DNA of 64,000 nucleotides from Eledone cirrhosa (taxonomy: Eukaryota): positions 30,876,001 to 30,940,000 of the forward strand of contig OZ024741.1 in assembly GCA_964016885.1 (NCBI GenBank), given 5' to 3'. Below the pieces are notes generated by a model. The model ran no database searches. It worked only from the letters and a program-made list of their open reading frames with translations, and had not been told where the DNA came from. How positions within the stretch are numbered: the first letter of the stretch is position 1; each line of letters begins with the position of its first letter. The translations under genes were made by a program, and so were the position numbers. Below, one piece after another: positions 12,635 through 28,035 of the stretch.

Positions 12635-15142
12635 ATGGAAAAACAATACTTGGGAACTTCTTTAAAGAATATACCGTTACCTTCTAAGGATGAATTCTTA
12701 CTTCTTATGATACAAAAAACCAACCAATTCATCAGAAGGGTCCGATGGAGGGCCTGCCACTTTGATAAAAAAAACAAAATGTACGGATAAGAAATATTTA
12801 TATGATTTCACTACATATAAGAACCCACCACACAACTCCTTGCTTGAAAACTTCAAGAAAGACCTATTTAACTTAATCAAACACCTCAAATTTAAGAAAT
12901 ATAAATCTAATTTCCAAAAGGATCTTGACTCTACCCTATTGGATCTAAAAAAAAATCTAACAAAGTCCACGTCCACTCTGACAAAACTGGAAATCTATAC
13001 CACATGTATATTGATAATTACAATGAGTTCATTTATAAAGAACTCAGGAAAAATTATAAAAAAACAAATAATGCGGCTCTTACCAATATCAACAACAAAA
13101 ACATACAACATAGTAAATAAACTCAATATTGAAGACAGAACTGAACCTTTGGCACTGAAAAAAACACACTTTAACCTGAAAGATCATAAATCTAACTTTA
13201 ACTCTAATCCTTCTATAAGATTTAACATTGGCATCATTAGTAAAAAATGTTTAGACAGAATCATCCCACAATTAAGAAAACACGTTAATTTACCACTCTG
13301 GGAAAACACATCCCAAGTAATTAACTGGTTTACTAATATTAGAAATAAATCATCTGCTTCATTTCTACAATGTTTATATAGATGCTTATTATCCCTCTAT
13401 ATCACCCATACTCCTGAACAAAGCCTTGATATTTGCCAAAAATAGATCAAACTTAACTATGGATGACATTAATATTATCACACATGCTAGACAAACACTA
13501 CTGGAATTTCAGAAGGAATACTGGACCAGAAATACATATAGTAATCTATTCGACATTACTATGGGCTCTAGTGATTCTGCCCAAATTACCGATCTTGTGG
13601 GCCTCTTTCTTCTATTTCACATAAATTCTTCTTTTCCCCACCTTAAAGCTGGTTTATATCGTGATGTCTGTCTTCTTCTTTCCACTAACCTTAGCCTATC
13701 AGAAATTGAAAAAACTAAAAAAAACTTATTAGAACTTTCCTCAAAGACTATTATAGTCTCACTATTACATTTGAAAACACCAGTAAAATAGTTAATTTCC
13801 TAGATATAACTTTAGACTTATCTACGGGTATCTACCAACCTTACCATAAACCTAACCAAAACTTACATTACATACACTCACAATCCAATCACCCTAGATC
13901 TATCCTTAAAGACCTAGCATATAATATCTCACTCAGAATTTCTACCCTTTCATCTAACCAGAATGTATCGGATAAAAATGCGCCCTTTTATAACGAAGCT
14001 TTAGCTAGAAGCGGCAACAAAAACAAATTAGTCTATATACCTTGCCCCAATAATACTTCAAACATACAACCCAATATTACCAACAAACACCAAATGAAAA
14101 ACACACACCTAAATGCCACTCTCACTATACCCCAAAATACCAACTTAAAACTTAATTTCTCTACCTCTTCTTACATACAATATAATAATTTCAAAAAAAC
14201 CATTCATCCTAATACTCCAATATACGTCAATAACATTATTAACAAAATTCCTAATAATCAGACTCAAACACCTAAATCAGTTAATCTAACCAAACCTATA
14301 TATAATAAATTCACTAATACTAATTATCTTAGTAAACATCCTGATACATCGTATAAATATGAAAAACAACATCGAAACCGTAATAGACGAGTTACTTGAT
14401 ATAATGCTCCATTTATCTACAAATTGAAGATAATATCCCTAAAATATTTGTTACTATCCTAGAGAAAAACTCCCCGCCAAACCATAAATACCATCAAATT
14501 TTAAATAGATCAACTATCACATTTTCCAACTCCACTACCAAAAATATGCAACAAAATATAAGTGCGTACAATGCATATAAATTTAAAAAACCACGAATAT
14601 ACTACCAACACATCAAACCAACCATAATACTAAAATAAACCGCAACAAACCACCATCTCCTTCACATATAACAAGTCGAGTAAATTCCACACCAAATTTG
14701 ATTAACTCCCCTGATATAATATTAACGAATGGTTGTAACTGTAGAAACAAAAGAAATTGCCCATTAAAGGGAAATTGTCTTAATAATAACATAGTATATA
14801 AATGTAAAATTAGCACTAAGGACTCAACTTATTCATATATAGGAGCTACTTCTAACCAATTTAAAGTAAGATTTAATACCCACAAACAGTTTTTAAAATG
14901 CCGCATTAGCTAATACAACATCCTTGGCTGAAATAATTAATAATTATAGAAAAAAGAATATCGATTATAACCTGACCTGGAGTGTGCACAAAAGGGCCAC
15001 CCCTTATCAAAATAACAGATATGAGTGTACATTATGTTCCCAGGAACTTTTTGAATTAATGAAATTTAAGCATATCCTATTAAATAAGCGACAAGAATGA
15101 ATTATATCTTGCAATCATAGAATTAGAAGAACTTTCAAATAA
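12635..15142 (+). pseudogene. PLE RT/GIY-YIG polyprotein with many frameshifts
   Basis: MEKQYLGTSLKNIPLPS..FIRRVRWRA N-terminus, FDITMGSSDSAQITDLVGL, GLYRDV (DD mutated), CNCRNKRNCPLKGNC, IVYKC..YIGAT and LNKRQE...CNHR. Confidence 0.88.
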
Positions 15143-16039
15143 TATAAACCTAATTAATATACACCTTACACTTATATTTTACATATTATTATAATTAGTT
15201 TTTTTAATTTAGTTAACCTATAATTAGTACTTTACTACAGAGAACTTCATAATTTTATTTCCGTTTTACAGCTCTCTTTTCCTAAAATTAATACCTAAAA
15301 GTATACATATAAATTAATTTAATTTCCTGTTATGAATCGAGATTCTTGTAGTCTATATAAGATTGGTATTTCTCACTACTACATTTATCCCAACATTTTA
15401 TTTTTCTTCGTTTTTAATAACATTCTTTAATAACATCTAATTCTTATTTATCACATCCATATGAATTAATATAACTTTATCCCTATAAGTATACCTATCA
15501 AATAATTTAATTTCTTGTTATAGATCTAAATCCTTGTGATTTAAATAAGATTGGTATTTGTCACTAACACCTTTACCCTAAAATGTTATTCTCCTTCGGG
15601 TAAGATTATTCTTTAATAGCATCAAATTTTCGTGTACCATTCACCGTCTTGACCACTTTTCATCCCCAAAGAATTATTTTCATTCAGAGTAATCTTTCCA
15701 TTCAAAACTTAAGTCTGCATTCCTCTACCCCTAAATTAAATTTCTATTACTACTATTCTATCATCTTGACCTCTTACTACTTTTCTATTGGTCAATTCAA
15801 AACTTGTTCCCAAACATACCTATTATATTAAATCTTTGTTGGTTTTTTTCAATAAACAAATATCATTATTTCTGAAGACAGCATATATATATGAAGGTAT
15901 GTATATTTCCTCTGATAGTTTGTAAAATTCTTACATAGATCTATATGATATACATACCAACACACGTATATATCCTAGAAACGATGAATTTTTTATAAGG
16001 AAATTGTTCTCTATTTTTATTCATTGTTTTTATTAATTT

Positions 16040-17359
<1,320 letters not shown>

Positions 17360-19597
17360 TATTGTTATACTTGGGGAGGGTCATATTTGTGTTATATTGC
17401 CAGAATTAATAACAGAACACCCTCACTGTTTGGTTGGTTCTCGCTTCTCGCTTCTGTGTCTTTTATATCGGTAATCTAACTTACTCGGTCCTCAATGTTG
17501 CCATTGACTTACCTACGACACTGACTACCTAGACAGCCATGACCTTAGACGTTTCTGCCCTAGTAGACCTATAAGAGGTAGACCCCCCACCATAAACTCC
17601 ATGGCAAAAAAGACTCCCATGGGAAGGTGGACTGGGTGGACCAAAGCTATACGGACCCCCCAAAACAATGATCAGGTAAGAAAAATGGTCGCAATGCAAT
17701 AGGGGCTAGTATCAAAACTACCCTAAAGGGCCACATATTTAAGTTCAACGAGATCTACACCCAAGATGAGGGAGCAGCCATTGGCGTCAGCATAGCTGGT
17801 GATGTTGCCAACCTTTTCATGGTATGGTGGGAAAGGAGACTTAAAGATCTCCTTAATGAGAGCTCCATAGACCTCATCATGTACTCTCGTTATGTAGACG
17901 ATATCAATATAGTTATAAGAACATCCCCACTAGAGAGCATTAACGAGTTTGATTTAGAACGTAGCACGATGGAAAGCATCCAGCAGATAGCTAATTCCAT
18001 ACGCCAGAGTATAACTGTAACTATCGACTTCTCTTCCAAACACCCTAACAATAGACTACCTGTATTAGACACAGAACTCTGGATTAATACTATAGACGAG
18101 AGAGCCCAAATTCTCCACTCACACTATGCTAAACCCATGGCCTCCAAATACCTGATGCTCAAAAACACAGCAATGTCCAGTAGTGCTAATTTAATATTCT
18201 GATCGCAGATTTGGTACGAGTGATGAAGAATGTGTCCAGCATGTGGGACCCAACAGAAATGGAAAGACACATCCAACACTTCATCAACCGCATGCAGTTC
18301 TCTGGCTACAACCAAAGAGACAGAGTCAGAGTATACGAAGGAGCCATGGACAAGTATAAGACCCTCATAGAACTGGACATGGAAGGAATTTGCCCATTAT
18401 ACAGGAGCAAATCATGGAGTAGCTTATATAGGGCTAGACATAAGATAGGGATAGCCACCTCATGGTACGACAACCAGAGATACCAGAGTGTCATGTTTGT
18501 TGACGCTACCCCTGGAGGGAAATTAGCTAACCAGTGTAGAAAGGCCCTGAGAAAGACCCACTTAAAAATTAAGGTGGTAGAAAAGTCAGGAACCACCATA
18601 AAATCCCTGATCAGCAAAACTTACCCTTTTAAGAAAACCCACTGTACCAATAGGAAATGTATCATATGTAAGGTAAACCCCCGGATAAACTGTAAAACTA
18701 GAAACGTAGTCTATAGCATAAGATGTACAGAGGGTACTTGCAGAAACATGACAACAACATACATAGGTGAGACAGCTCGTAGCATAGGTGAAATGGTAGA
18801 CCAACACTGGAGGGAACTAAAAGGACGAAAAAACGGGTCAGTACTATACGAACATGCTAGACAACAACATGACGGTAAAATAGACAACATAGAAATTAGA
18901 ATAGTATCTAAACATAGAAATGACCCAGCAGATAGGCAAATCAGAGAGGCCAGTGAAATAGAAATTAGAAGACCAAGACTAATCAGAAAGAATGAATGGA
19001 ATAACAACAACACCCAAACAAACAACACTGACCTAAAAGAAGTATAAATAAGTAAATAAAATAAAATAAATAAATAAATAAATAAATACATACACAAGCA
19101 CAATAACAACAAGCACATAAACACACACTAGTCACCCATCACACAGCAAACAAAACACTATACACACACGCAAACGCATGCGCAAAGAAGACAAAATAAA
19201 ATAAACAAACAAGCAAATAAATAAATAAATATATAGACAGACTGAATAAAAATGGCGTAGACATACAATGCAACGGGAGGAAACAATAGCACCACTGACG
19301 ATGTTGCAGATGTGCAACGAAAAATTTATGATAAACTATATATATGTGTTTGTGTCTATATTGTATCTGTATTATTTTTGACCGTCGGTCAGTCAATGGC
19401 AACATTGAGGACCGAGTAAGTTAGATTACCGATATAAAAGACACAGAAGCGAGAAGCGAAAACCAACCAAACAGTCAGTGTGTTCTGTTATTAATTCTGG
19501 CAATATTACACAAATATGACCCTCCCCAAGTATAACAATATTTGTTTCGACAAACGATTCCATATAAAAAAACCTCGCAAAACTAACTCTTCGCCGC

Positions 19598-19598
<1 letters not shown>
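17360..19598 (+). mobile_element. 5'-truncated Penelope-like element of a different (non-Naiad) type with an inverted 5' terminal-repeat copy
   Basis: QDEGAAIGVSIAGDVANLFM, RYVDDI, LPVLDT, MQFSGY, a Cys-rich linker, and NVVYSIRC..YIGETARS (GIY-YIG). 17360-17509 is the reverse complement of 19391-19540. CTGACGA-tgttgca-gatg-tgcaac-GAAA at 19295-19322. Confidence 0.87.
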
Positions 19599-19632
<34 letters not shown>

Positions 19633-19723
19633 ATGTGTATGTATATATATGTATGTATATGTATATATATATATATATGTGTGTGTGTGTATGTGTGTGT
19701 GTGTGTGTGAATGTGTCTGTCGA

Positions 19724-20115
19724 CACCTGGAATATAGCTTAAGAGAAATTTGACGATAATGATATGATAGGCACCCAATATTTTGAACTGGTTTATAGAA
19801 TTCTCTTGGCCTTTGTCACTCTAAATAGAGCTTTAAATAATTAGCTTTTAAATAATTCCTCTTTTCTTTAAATCCATCAACCATTACCGACCCCCCAACC
19901 ATCTTATAGACACCTGAAATATAGGCATTGTTAACTTAAGAGAAACTTAAAAATAATGAGTGTCACCCCATTCAGAACTTGTTTATAGAATTCTTTCTGC
20001 CTTTGTCACTCTAAATATAAATTATAGACTTAAAGAATTAGCTTTTAATGAATTCCCTTTTCTTTCAACCAATGACCTCCACCCATCCCACTCCTCACCC
20101 TCTCCTACCACCTGA
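19724..20115. repeat. Diverged tandem duplication, period about 187 bp
   Basis: acacctg..aatatag..cttaagagaaa..gtttatagaattct..gcctttgtcactctaaata..aattagctttt occurs twice. Confidence 0.7.
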
Positions 20116-21136
20116 AAAGATATAAATACCACAACATTTATTTATTTTGGGAAAGCCAGATTCCTGATGATTTCTAAAGAATGAAACAGTTCTAGTCCTG
20201 TAGAATCTCATCTATATTAAAACTTTTATTCCCTGCTATGTATTGAGTACCTTACTTACTGTGGTTACCTCCGATTCAACCCGGAATAACGTATATATAT
20301 ATATATATAAGTGGAATCGATCTACAATTAGGAATGAGTAGCAAAGCACTCAATAAGGTAGTCCCTTTAGCTTCGATATTATATATAGCCCGTTTATTCT
20401 TAAATTTGTATCAAGTTTCGCTGTGACCTATCCTCTCTTTCTCCCTATCTATTTTGTTGCTATCAACTCTCCCCCCCCCCCTCTTTCTTTCTCTCCCTCT
20501 CTCCCTTTCTCCCTCTCATTTTCACTCTCCCTCTCTCTGCTAGCCACCTCACTGTTTCTCTCGCCTGTTCCTCTAGCTGTCTATTTCTTTCTTACTCTAG
20601 CGGAGGTTAGACGTGTTTTTTTCTCATCCACACAAATCTCGAACTTAAGTTCAGTAATTGATGTTGACTTTAATTTTTTCTCTTTCTTCCAGTTACTCAC
20701 ACACGTGTGCTTCGGGTTTTCCCCTTCGGTTTGTTGTTTCCCGTTTTTTTTCGCTGTTTTTTCCCTTTTCTTCCCTCTTCTCTCCTGTTACTATTTTTTC
20801 TCTCTTTCCCTTTTTTTCCCAATAACTTCCTTGAGTTATTGACGCCCTGGTGTGAAACATATCTAAACTATAATAAAGTAAAGAGCGCGGGACTGCGTAC
20901 GGTTTGTAATGTTTTATCCCATTAGTAAAATAAGTTGGATTACTTTGAATAAATAATGAATGAATATTACATAATTTTATCTATTAAATTTCGTGGCTGT
21001 TGATTAAATATATTTTGTTTATTTAAAGATTCACTTCTTTAACATTTCTGAAATGTCACCACTTCCGGTGGCCATCTCTTAAATAAACATACTAAATTTC
21101 TTTCACTAATTTTCTCATAATACAGTTTATATATAA

Positions 21137-21960
21137 CTAGCAGCTGAGCCCGGTTACACACGGAGCCACTTTTTATTAAGTTAATAAATTGAAAAATAAT
21201 ATTGAAAGTTTATTATAAAGAAGCAGTTTCAGGAAAAAATATAGAAATATGCACTTGGGGCTGGACGGCGTACAATGAGAAATGGAGCGACCTGAAAAGC
21301 GTGGCTTATTAACAGCGAAATAGCAATGTCGATGATATACAATTTGAAAAATACTACTTACTGTTAGTTGTGGTTAACATGTATTAGAATTAAAATAAAA
21401 ACACGCGTCCCTTCTTCGCGATTTAAGGGTTTTATTTCTTTTGATGGAAAACAGTGACCGTACTTCAGAATCGATTTCATAAAACGGTACTGTATGATCG
21501 TTAAATGTAGAAGGATGATAGTTTATTAACAGCGAAATAGCAATGCGGATGATATGCAAGTTTAAAAATGCATATTATGAAGGTTTGTATGATAGTTTAC
21601 ACTTTTTCCTGAAACTGCTTCTTTATAATAAACTTTCAATAATATTTTTCAAATTATTGGTACTGAATGTTAACAGCGAAAGAACGTTGATGAGTTTAAA
21701 CATTTGTATGAAATTGTAAATAACTCAGCCAAGTATTAGAACAGGGGGAAATAACTCACCGAACGCGATAGTAAATAGACCGTTTGGGGCCCCTAGGGAC
21801 CACGTTTTTCAAGTTAGATATTTGAAACCTCGTCTATTTGCTTCCTTTCTACTCTTTACATAGGTGTGTAAATTTTCATGTCCGTCCGACCACGTCTACT
21901 ACCATTTAACCGTGCACATCTGAATTTCAACCACCACCCATTTCACAAATATATATTAGA
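21137..21960 (-). mobile_element. Non-autonomous Helitron-like element
   Basis: The minus strand starts a|TCtaatatat and ends with an imperfect GC-rich hairpin (ccgtgtgtaaccggg) then CTAG|t, so it sits in an AT site with no TSD. An internal inverted repeat of about 50 bp lies at 21190-21238 and 21603-21652. Confidence 0.65.
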
Positions 21961-22276
21961 TATCGTCATTTTTAATGTATCATGGATTACGTTACTGATT
22001 AAATAAGTCTTCGTTCAAAATCTGTGTTTATTGTCAATTACGATTTTATTTGATATATCATATCTACATGCATATATACTTGCGCATAATATCAATATAC
22101 ACACTACACATGCTAGCAGAAAACCACCCGAAGGGTGGTTTTTCTGGTAGCATTGTCTTTAACGCGTTAAAATGTCCAAGACCCACAGCAGACAACTGAT
22201 GAAGGAACATTTTCTCCCGTTCTCGCTTTCCTCTTTTTATAAGTACACCTTATCCAGCAACTACACAGCCCATTCT

Positions 22277-22336
<60 letters not shown>

Positions 22337-22395
22337 TATATATATATGTCTGTGCATTTCTCTCCCTCTCGCTTTCTCTCTCTCGCGCTTTCTTT

Positions 22396-22429
<34 letters not shown>

Positions 22430-22549
22430 TTCTCTCTCCCTTTCTCTCACTCTCTCTCTCTTTCTCTCTCCCGGTAAAAATAGGCGCAAATAGGTGAAAG
22501 CTCTCGACATTCGTAGCTTGTAGTTACGATGGAGATTCTGTATGATAAT

Positions 22550-22724
22550 TGTTTCTACTTTAGGCACAAGGCCAGCAATTAACCAGTGCATTACTGGTAC
22601 TTTATTTTATCGACCGCGTAAGGGTGAAAGGCAAAGTTAACCTCGGCGGGATTTGAACTCAGATCGTAAAGGGACGTAACTATGCTGGAAAGCATGGCGT
22701 CCGACGCTCTACCGATACTGCCAA
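22550..22724 (-). mobile_element. tRNA-derived SINE (same family as 6504-6684)
   Basis: Reverse complement of the 6504 SINE. Probable 11-bp TSD tgtatgataat / tgtataataat with one mismatch. Confidence 0.9.
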
Positions 22725-22835
22725 TGTATAATAATAACATTAAGAAAGATGCTAATGTTACATAAACGGTTTATTCATATTCAACGATTTATGTAACATC
22801 AGCATCATTGTTAATGTTATTATATTATATAGGGT

Positions 22836-23018
22836 AGTGGATTGGCAGTACCGGTGGAGGGTCGGACACCATGTTTTCTATCATACAGTTACGGGCCTTG
22901 CCACTCTGAGATCAAAACCCGCCAAGGTTACCTTTGCCTTTCATCCTTACGGGGTCAATAAAATAAAGTATCAGTAATGCATTTGGAAATTGCTGGCCTT
23001 GTGCCAAAAGTAGAAACA
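22836..23018 (+). mobile_element. tRNA-derived SINE, more diverged copy
   Basis: Same head, core and tail (ggccttgtgccaaaagtagaaaca). Confidence 0.88.
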
Positions 23019-23152
23019 ATTACACACACGCACGCACATATATATATATATATATATCCCCAGATACTCTTACACACAGAGACACATACACACACACACA
23101 AATATATATGTGTATATATATATATATGTGTTTATATATATATATATATATG

Positions 23153-23194
<42 letters not shown>

Positions 23195-23197
<3 letters not shown>

Positions 23198-23379
23198 CGA
23201 AGTAGGTGTGGTAAGGAACCAGATGGACCATAACGCACCAGAGTACTCAATACTTAGCGTAGTAGAGTGGGTAATAGGAAAATGTTTGACCCCCCGACGG
23301 CAGAGCTGAAGCCGTTTCGACGGCTAATACAGAATTAGCCGTCGAAATGGTTTGAGCTCTACCGTCCGGGGTAAAACAT

Positions 23380-23384
<5 letters not shown>
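23195..23384 (-). repeat. Foldback PLE terminal-repeat fragment (7059-9568 family)
   Basis: A long minus arm ending in ttcgtt-(TA)n and a short inverted arm at 23331-23383. Confidence 0.8.
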
Positions 23385-23448
<64 letters not shown>

Positions 23449-23700
23449 TTCAAAATATTAACAAAATAGATATTCTTGTGATCAAGTATATTTTATTATA
23501 CATATTTCAGAGGTCCTGAGTTAACTTCAACAGTACGTCCTCATCAGATGAAATAAGATGATGCATGACATACCCTGACATAGTAGATGGTTAAGATTCA
23601 GTCGTGGTAGTAACTCTGGAAAACCATAACCGTTGAGTGCTTCCAATCTATTGTAAAACTCATTCTTTGATTTATTCATTGAACCTTGTTTAACCTTTAA

Positions 23701-23736
<36 letters not shown>

Positions 23737-23759
23737 TTATAAATATATATATATATATG

Positions 23760-24628
<869 letters not shown>

Positions 24629-24944
24629 CATAGATATAAAGTCGAGAGTTCAACAGTGTTAGTGAAAGAGACAGGCGAAATTATTTACGGCATCGCTTGT
24701 CTATTCAATTGACCATATACTAGATGATCATCAAGGATGTTATTATTGTTCTATTCAACGGACTTCAATACAAAGACACTTATATCCTTTAATAGATCTA
24801 TAGATTATTTGATAGACAGCAAGGTTTTATAGTTAAACTGAAAATAGTCGTGTTTAAAGACATGGAAAACCTGAGTAATTAATGTAAAACTCGGGATATA
24901 TATATATTTGTATCTATTTATGTACGTATGTTTCTATCTAACTC

Positions 24945-25157
<213 letters not shown>

Positions 25158-25167
25158 ATATATATAG

Positions 25168-25880
25168 GTAGGACCTTCCGCCCTGGACCAATGGACAACT
25201 TCCAAAAGTCCCTGGCCTGGCAGTGCTACTGAGGAGCTCTACCAGTTCGAGACAAACTCTACAGACACGGGCGCCCGGGTAGGGACCCTTCGAAAAAGAT
25301 CTGTTTGAGATCCGTGCGCGACGAGGAAACCGTCAAACACGCATTTGTACACTGCCCGGGCGATACCGACCTCTGGGGCTATGTAGAACGACTATTTTCG
25401 CGGGTGAGACCAATCCAGTTGACCTCCGAGTCCATTGTCGTGATCAAACCGCCACCCTCCTTCAAAAACGGTGAAAGAGGTTATATGGTGGACGAGGTTA
25501 AAAGGGCTGAGGTCAGACACCTTTCTCTCCGGCGAGTAACTGATTCGTTTTTTCAAATATCATTTTGGAAGAATCAGGATGGAGAGAGAGGTGCTGTACC
25601 CCAGCAAATTTTATAAAAGGTGGGTGAATGTGGCAAAGATGGCCCGAGTGGTTGGGCCTTCTCTCTATATAAGCCTGTAGGTTGAGGAAAAAGAGGAAGA
25701 GAGGTACGGAGTACTCTTGGTGCTCCTGGAGTTGAGGGTTGTACATTTTTTCGGGGTGTGTACAACCCCTGTGTAACACCTCCCCCCTATTGTGGATTTC
25801 AATTGTTATTTGTTATTGTATTAATAGTTTTATTTTCATATAACAGTATGTAAATTCCCCATTTGTATTTGCCCCCTTTT
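25168..25880 (+). mobile_element. 3' fragment of an L1/Tx1-type element, decayed
   Basis: GPMDNFQKSLAWQCY*GALPVRDKLY and DEETVKHAFVHCP match the ORF2 C-terminus at about 47260-47800 (minus strand). Confidence 0.85.
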
Positions 25881-26233
25881 AACATAAAAACAATCTTGGC
25901 GCAAAATCAATTTTTTACATTCACATGACCTCTACCGACCAATCAAAATTGTTTTGACCACAAGAATTTTTGCAACACCAAAGTAACGCTGGAGTCAATT
26001 TTTTAACATAAAAACAGGTAGAATTCCCAAAACTAATCAGATCAGAGCAAACAACACGGACACTCTATCTCAAATTTATTTTTGAAAAGCATTTAGAAAT
26101 GCGCAACCGGTAAGAACTTAAAAACTTAAAAGCACATCTGAATACTAACCCATACAATCACTAATACTCTTTTATTCCTAATTAAACCATTTTTCAACTG
26201 TGAACAATTTGTCAGCATTTTCTATTCCGTTTA

Positions 26234-26357
<124 letters not shown>

Positions 26358-26407
26358 CACATATATATATACACATATATATATAATATATATATATACT
26401 GTATATA

Positions 26408-26936
<529 letters not shown>

Positions 26937-27080
26937 AGTTGATGGACCCAGCATAGCTATCAATGCCAGGACCGGTTGTATCTCAGCGTACTCAATAGGC
27001 AATGTAACATACATTCCCAGAGTATACACATAGTTATTCGCCTCAATACAACACACGTAAAACGCGTGCCTATAATAGTT

Positions 27081-27191
27081 CCCAGACTCGAATTTCGGCC
27101 GCATTTAATGCAGCAGTAAGGTGCACTGCACCCCCCGACTGCATATATTTTGCATCAACGCATAATCGGCTTATGCGGCTTCATCAGCGGG
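27081..27191 (-). ncRNA. Type I hammerhead ribozyme, 84-nt stem II region
   Basis: Minus strand: cccg-CTGATGA-agccgcat...atgcggcc-GAAAT-tcga-GTC-tggg. Confidence 0.72.
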
Positions 27192-27399
27192 TATCGCCTA
27201 ATCAATAACCAATCGATCAACAGAATCCAAACCCCAGCCCATGCCAGTCATGACTGTTTGTGACAATCGACACGGTAAAGCGATTAGCAACTGGAATCCG
27301 ATGCAACTCTGTCCCTCGACTAGCCACCGATTTACAAATGTTATGTGGTGGCGGGAAAATAGAAAATAAATCTTATATATATTTATATATATATATATA

Positions 27400-27905
27400 T
27401 TTAATACAATAACAGAGAAAGCTTTAAGCTAAACTCTGACTGGCAACCATCTCACTCAACAAACATTAGGGTATACGGTAGTATAATCCCAATTTTGTGT
27501 TTGAGGTGCTAACTATATATATTTTGTGGAAAGCCAGTTGTATTATTTTATATGAGATATAATTAAAATTAAAATATATATATATAAATATATTATCGGA
27601 GAAAGCTAATCGCGATTCTCCGGCCAAATCCCAACTCACTCAACAAACATTAGGAAATAAGTGAGTATATTCCTAATTAAACGTTCGGGGTGCTAACTAA
27701 TTGTATTGTGTGGAAAATTGGGTGTATTATTTCATATGAGATATATAAAATATATCTCTTCCCAGACGAACGTCTCGTTTCATTATAAAATCCTTACAAG
27801 TTGGGTGAAATTATACCAATTTATGTAGAAGCTTGTATAAGATCAACAGTTACTTAGTTCAAGTGGGCTCTTATAATTCTTCAGTGGGTGCCCAATAATA
27901 TTAAT
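27400..27905 (-). repeat. Two homologues of the 10128-12092 repeat family, one close and one diverged
   Basis: 27400-27578 is the reverse complement of about 11915-12092. 27630-27900 is a diverged version that includes the hammerhead. Confidence 0.8.
27761..27888 (-). ncRNA. Type I hammerhead ribozyme, diverged homologue of 10580-10704
   Basis: Minus strand: ccca-CTGAAGA-attataa...ttataat-GAAAC-gagacgttc-GTC-tggg. Stem I covaries (tcca/tgga versus ccca/tggg). Confidence 0.78.
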
Positions 27906-27950
27906 ATTGATAATCAAATCAACATCAATATTTAGCGATAATCACCATCA

Positions 27951-28030
<80 letters not shown>

Positions 28031-28035
<5 letters not shown>

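Larger units (their letters stand above)
12143..16039 (+). mobile_element. Apparently full-length Naiad-type Penelope-like element with direct terminal repeats (pLTRs)
   Basis: Direct repeats at 12143-12376 and 15821-16039 flank a single decayed ORF. (TA)n lies on both sides. Confidence 0.88.

Noticed and set aside
14390-14405. In-frame TGA in a Naiad-type PLE as possible selenocysteine
   Set aside because: The TGA replaces the conserved Trp of W(F/Y)N.P rather than a Cys. The Cys motifs I read in the three copies show no TGA, and the ORF has many other lesions.
12143-16039. LTR retrotransposon
   Set aside because: The direct repeats flank a PLE-type RT and GIY-YIG, with no gag, protease, RNase H or integrase.
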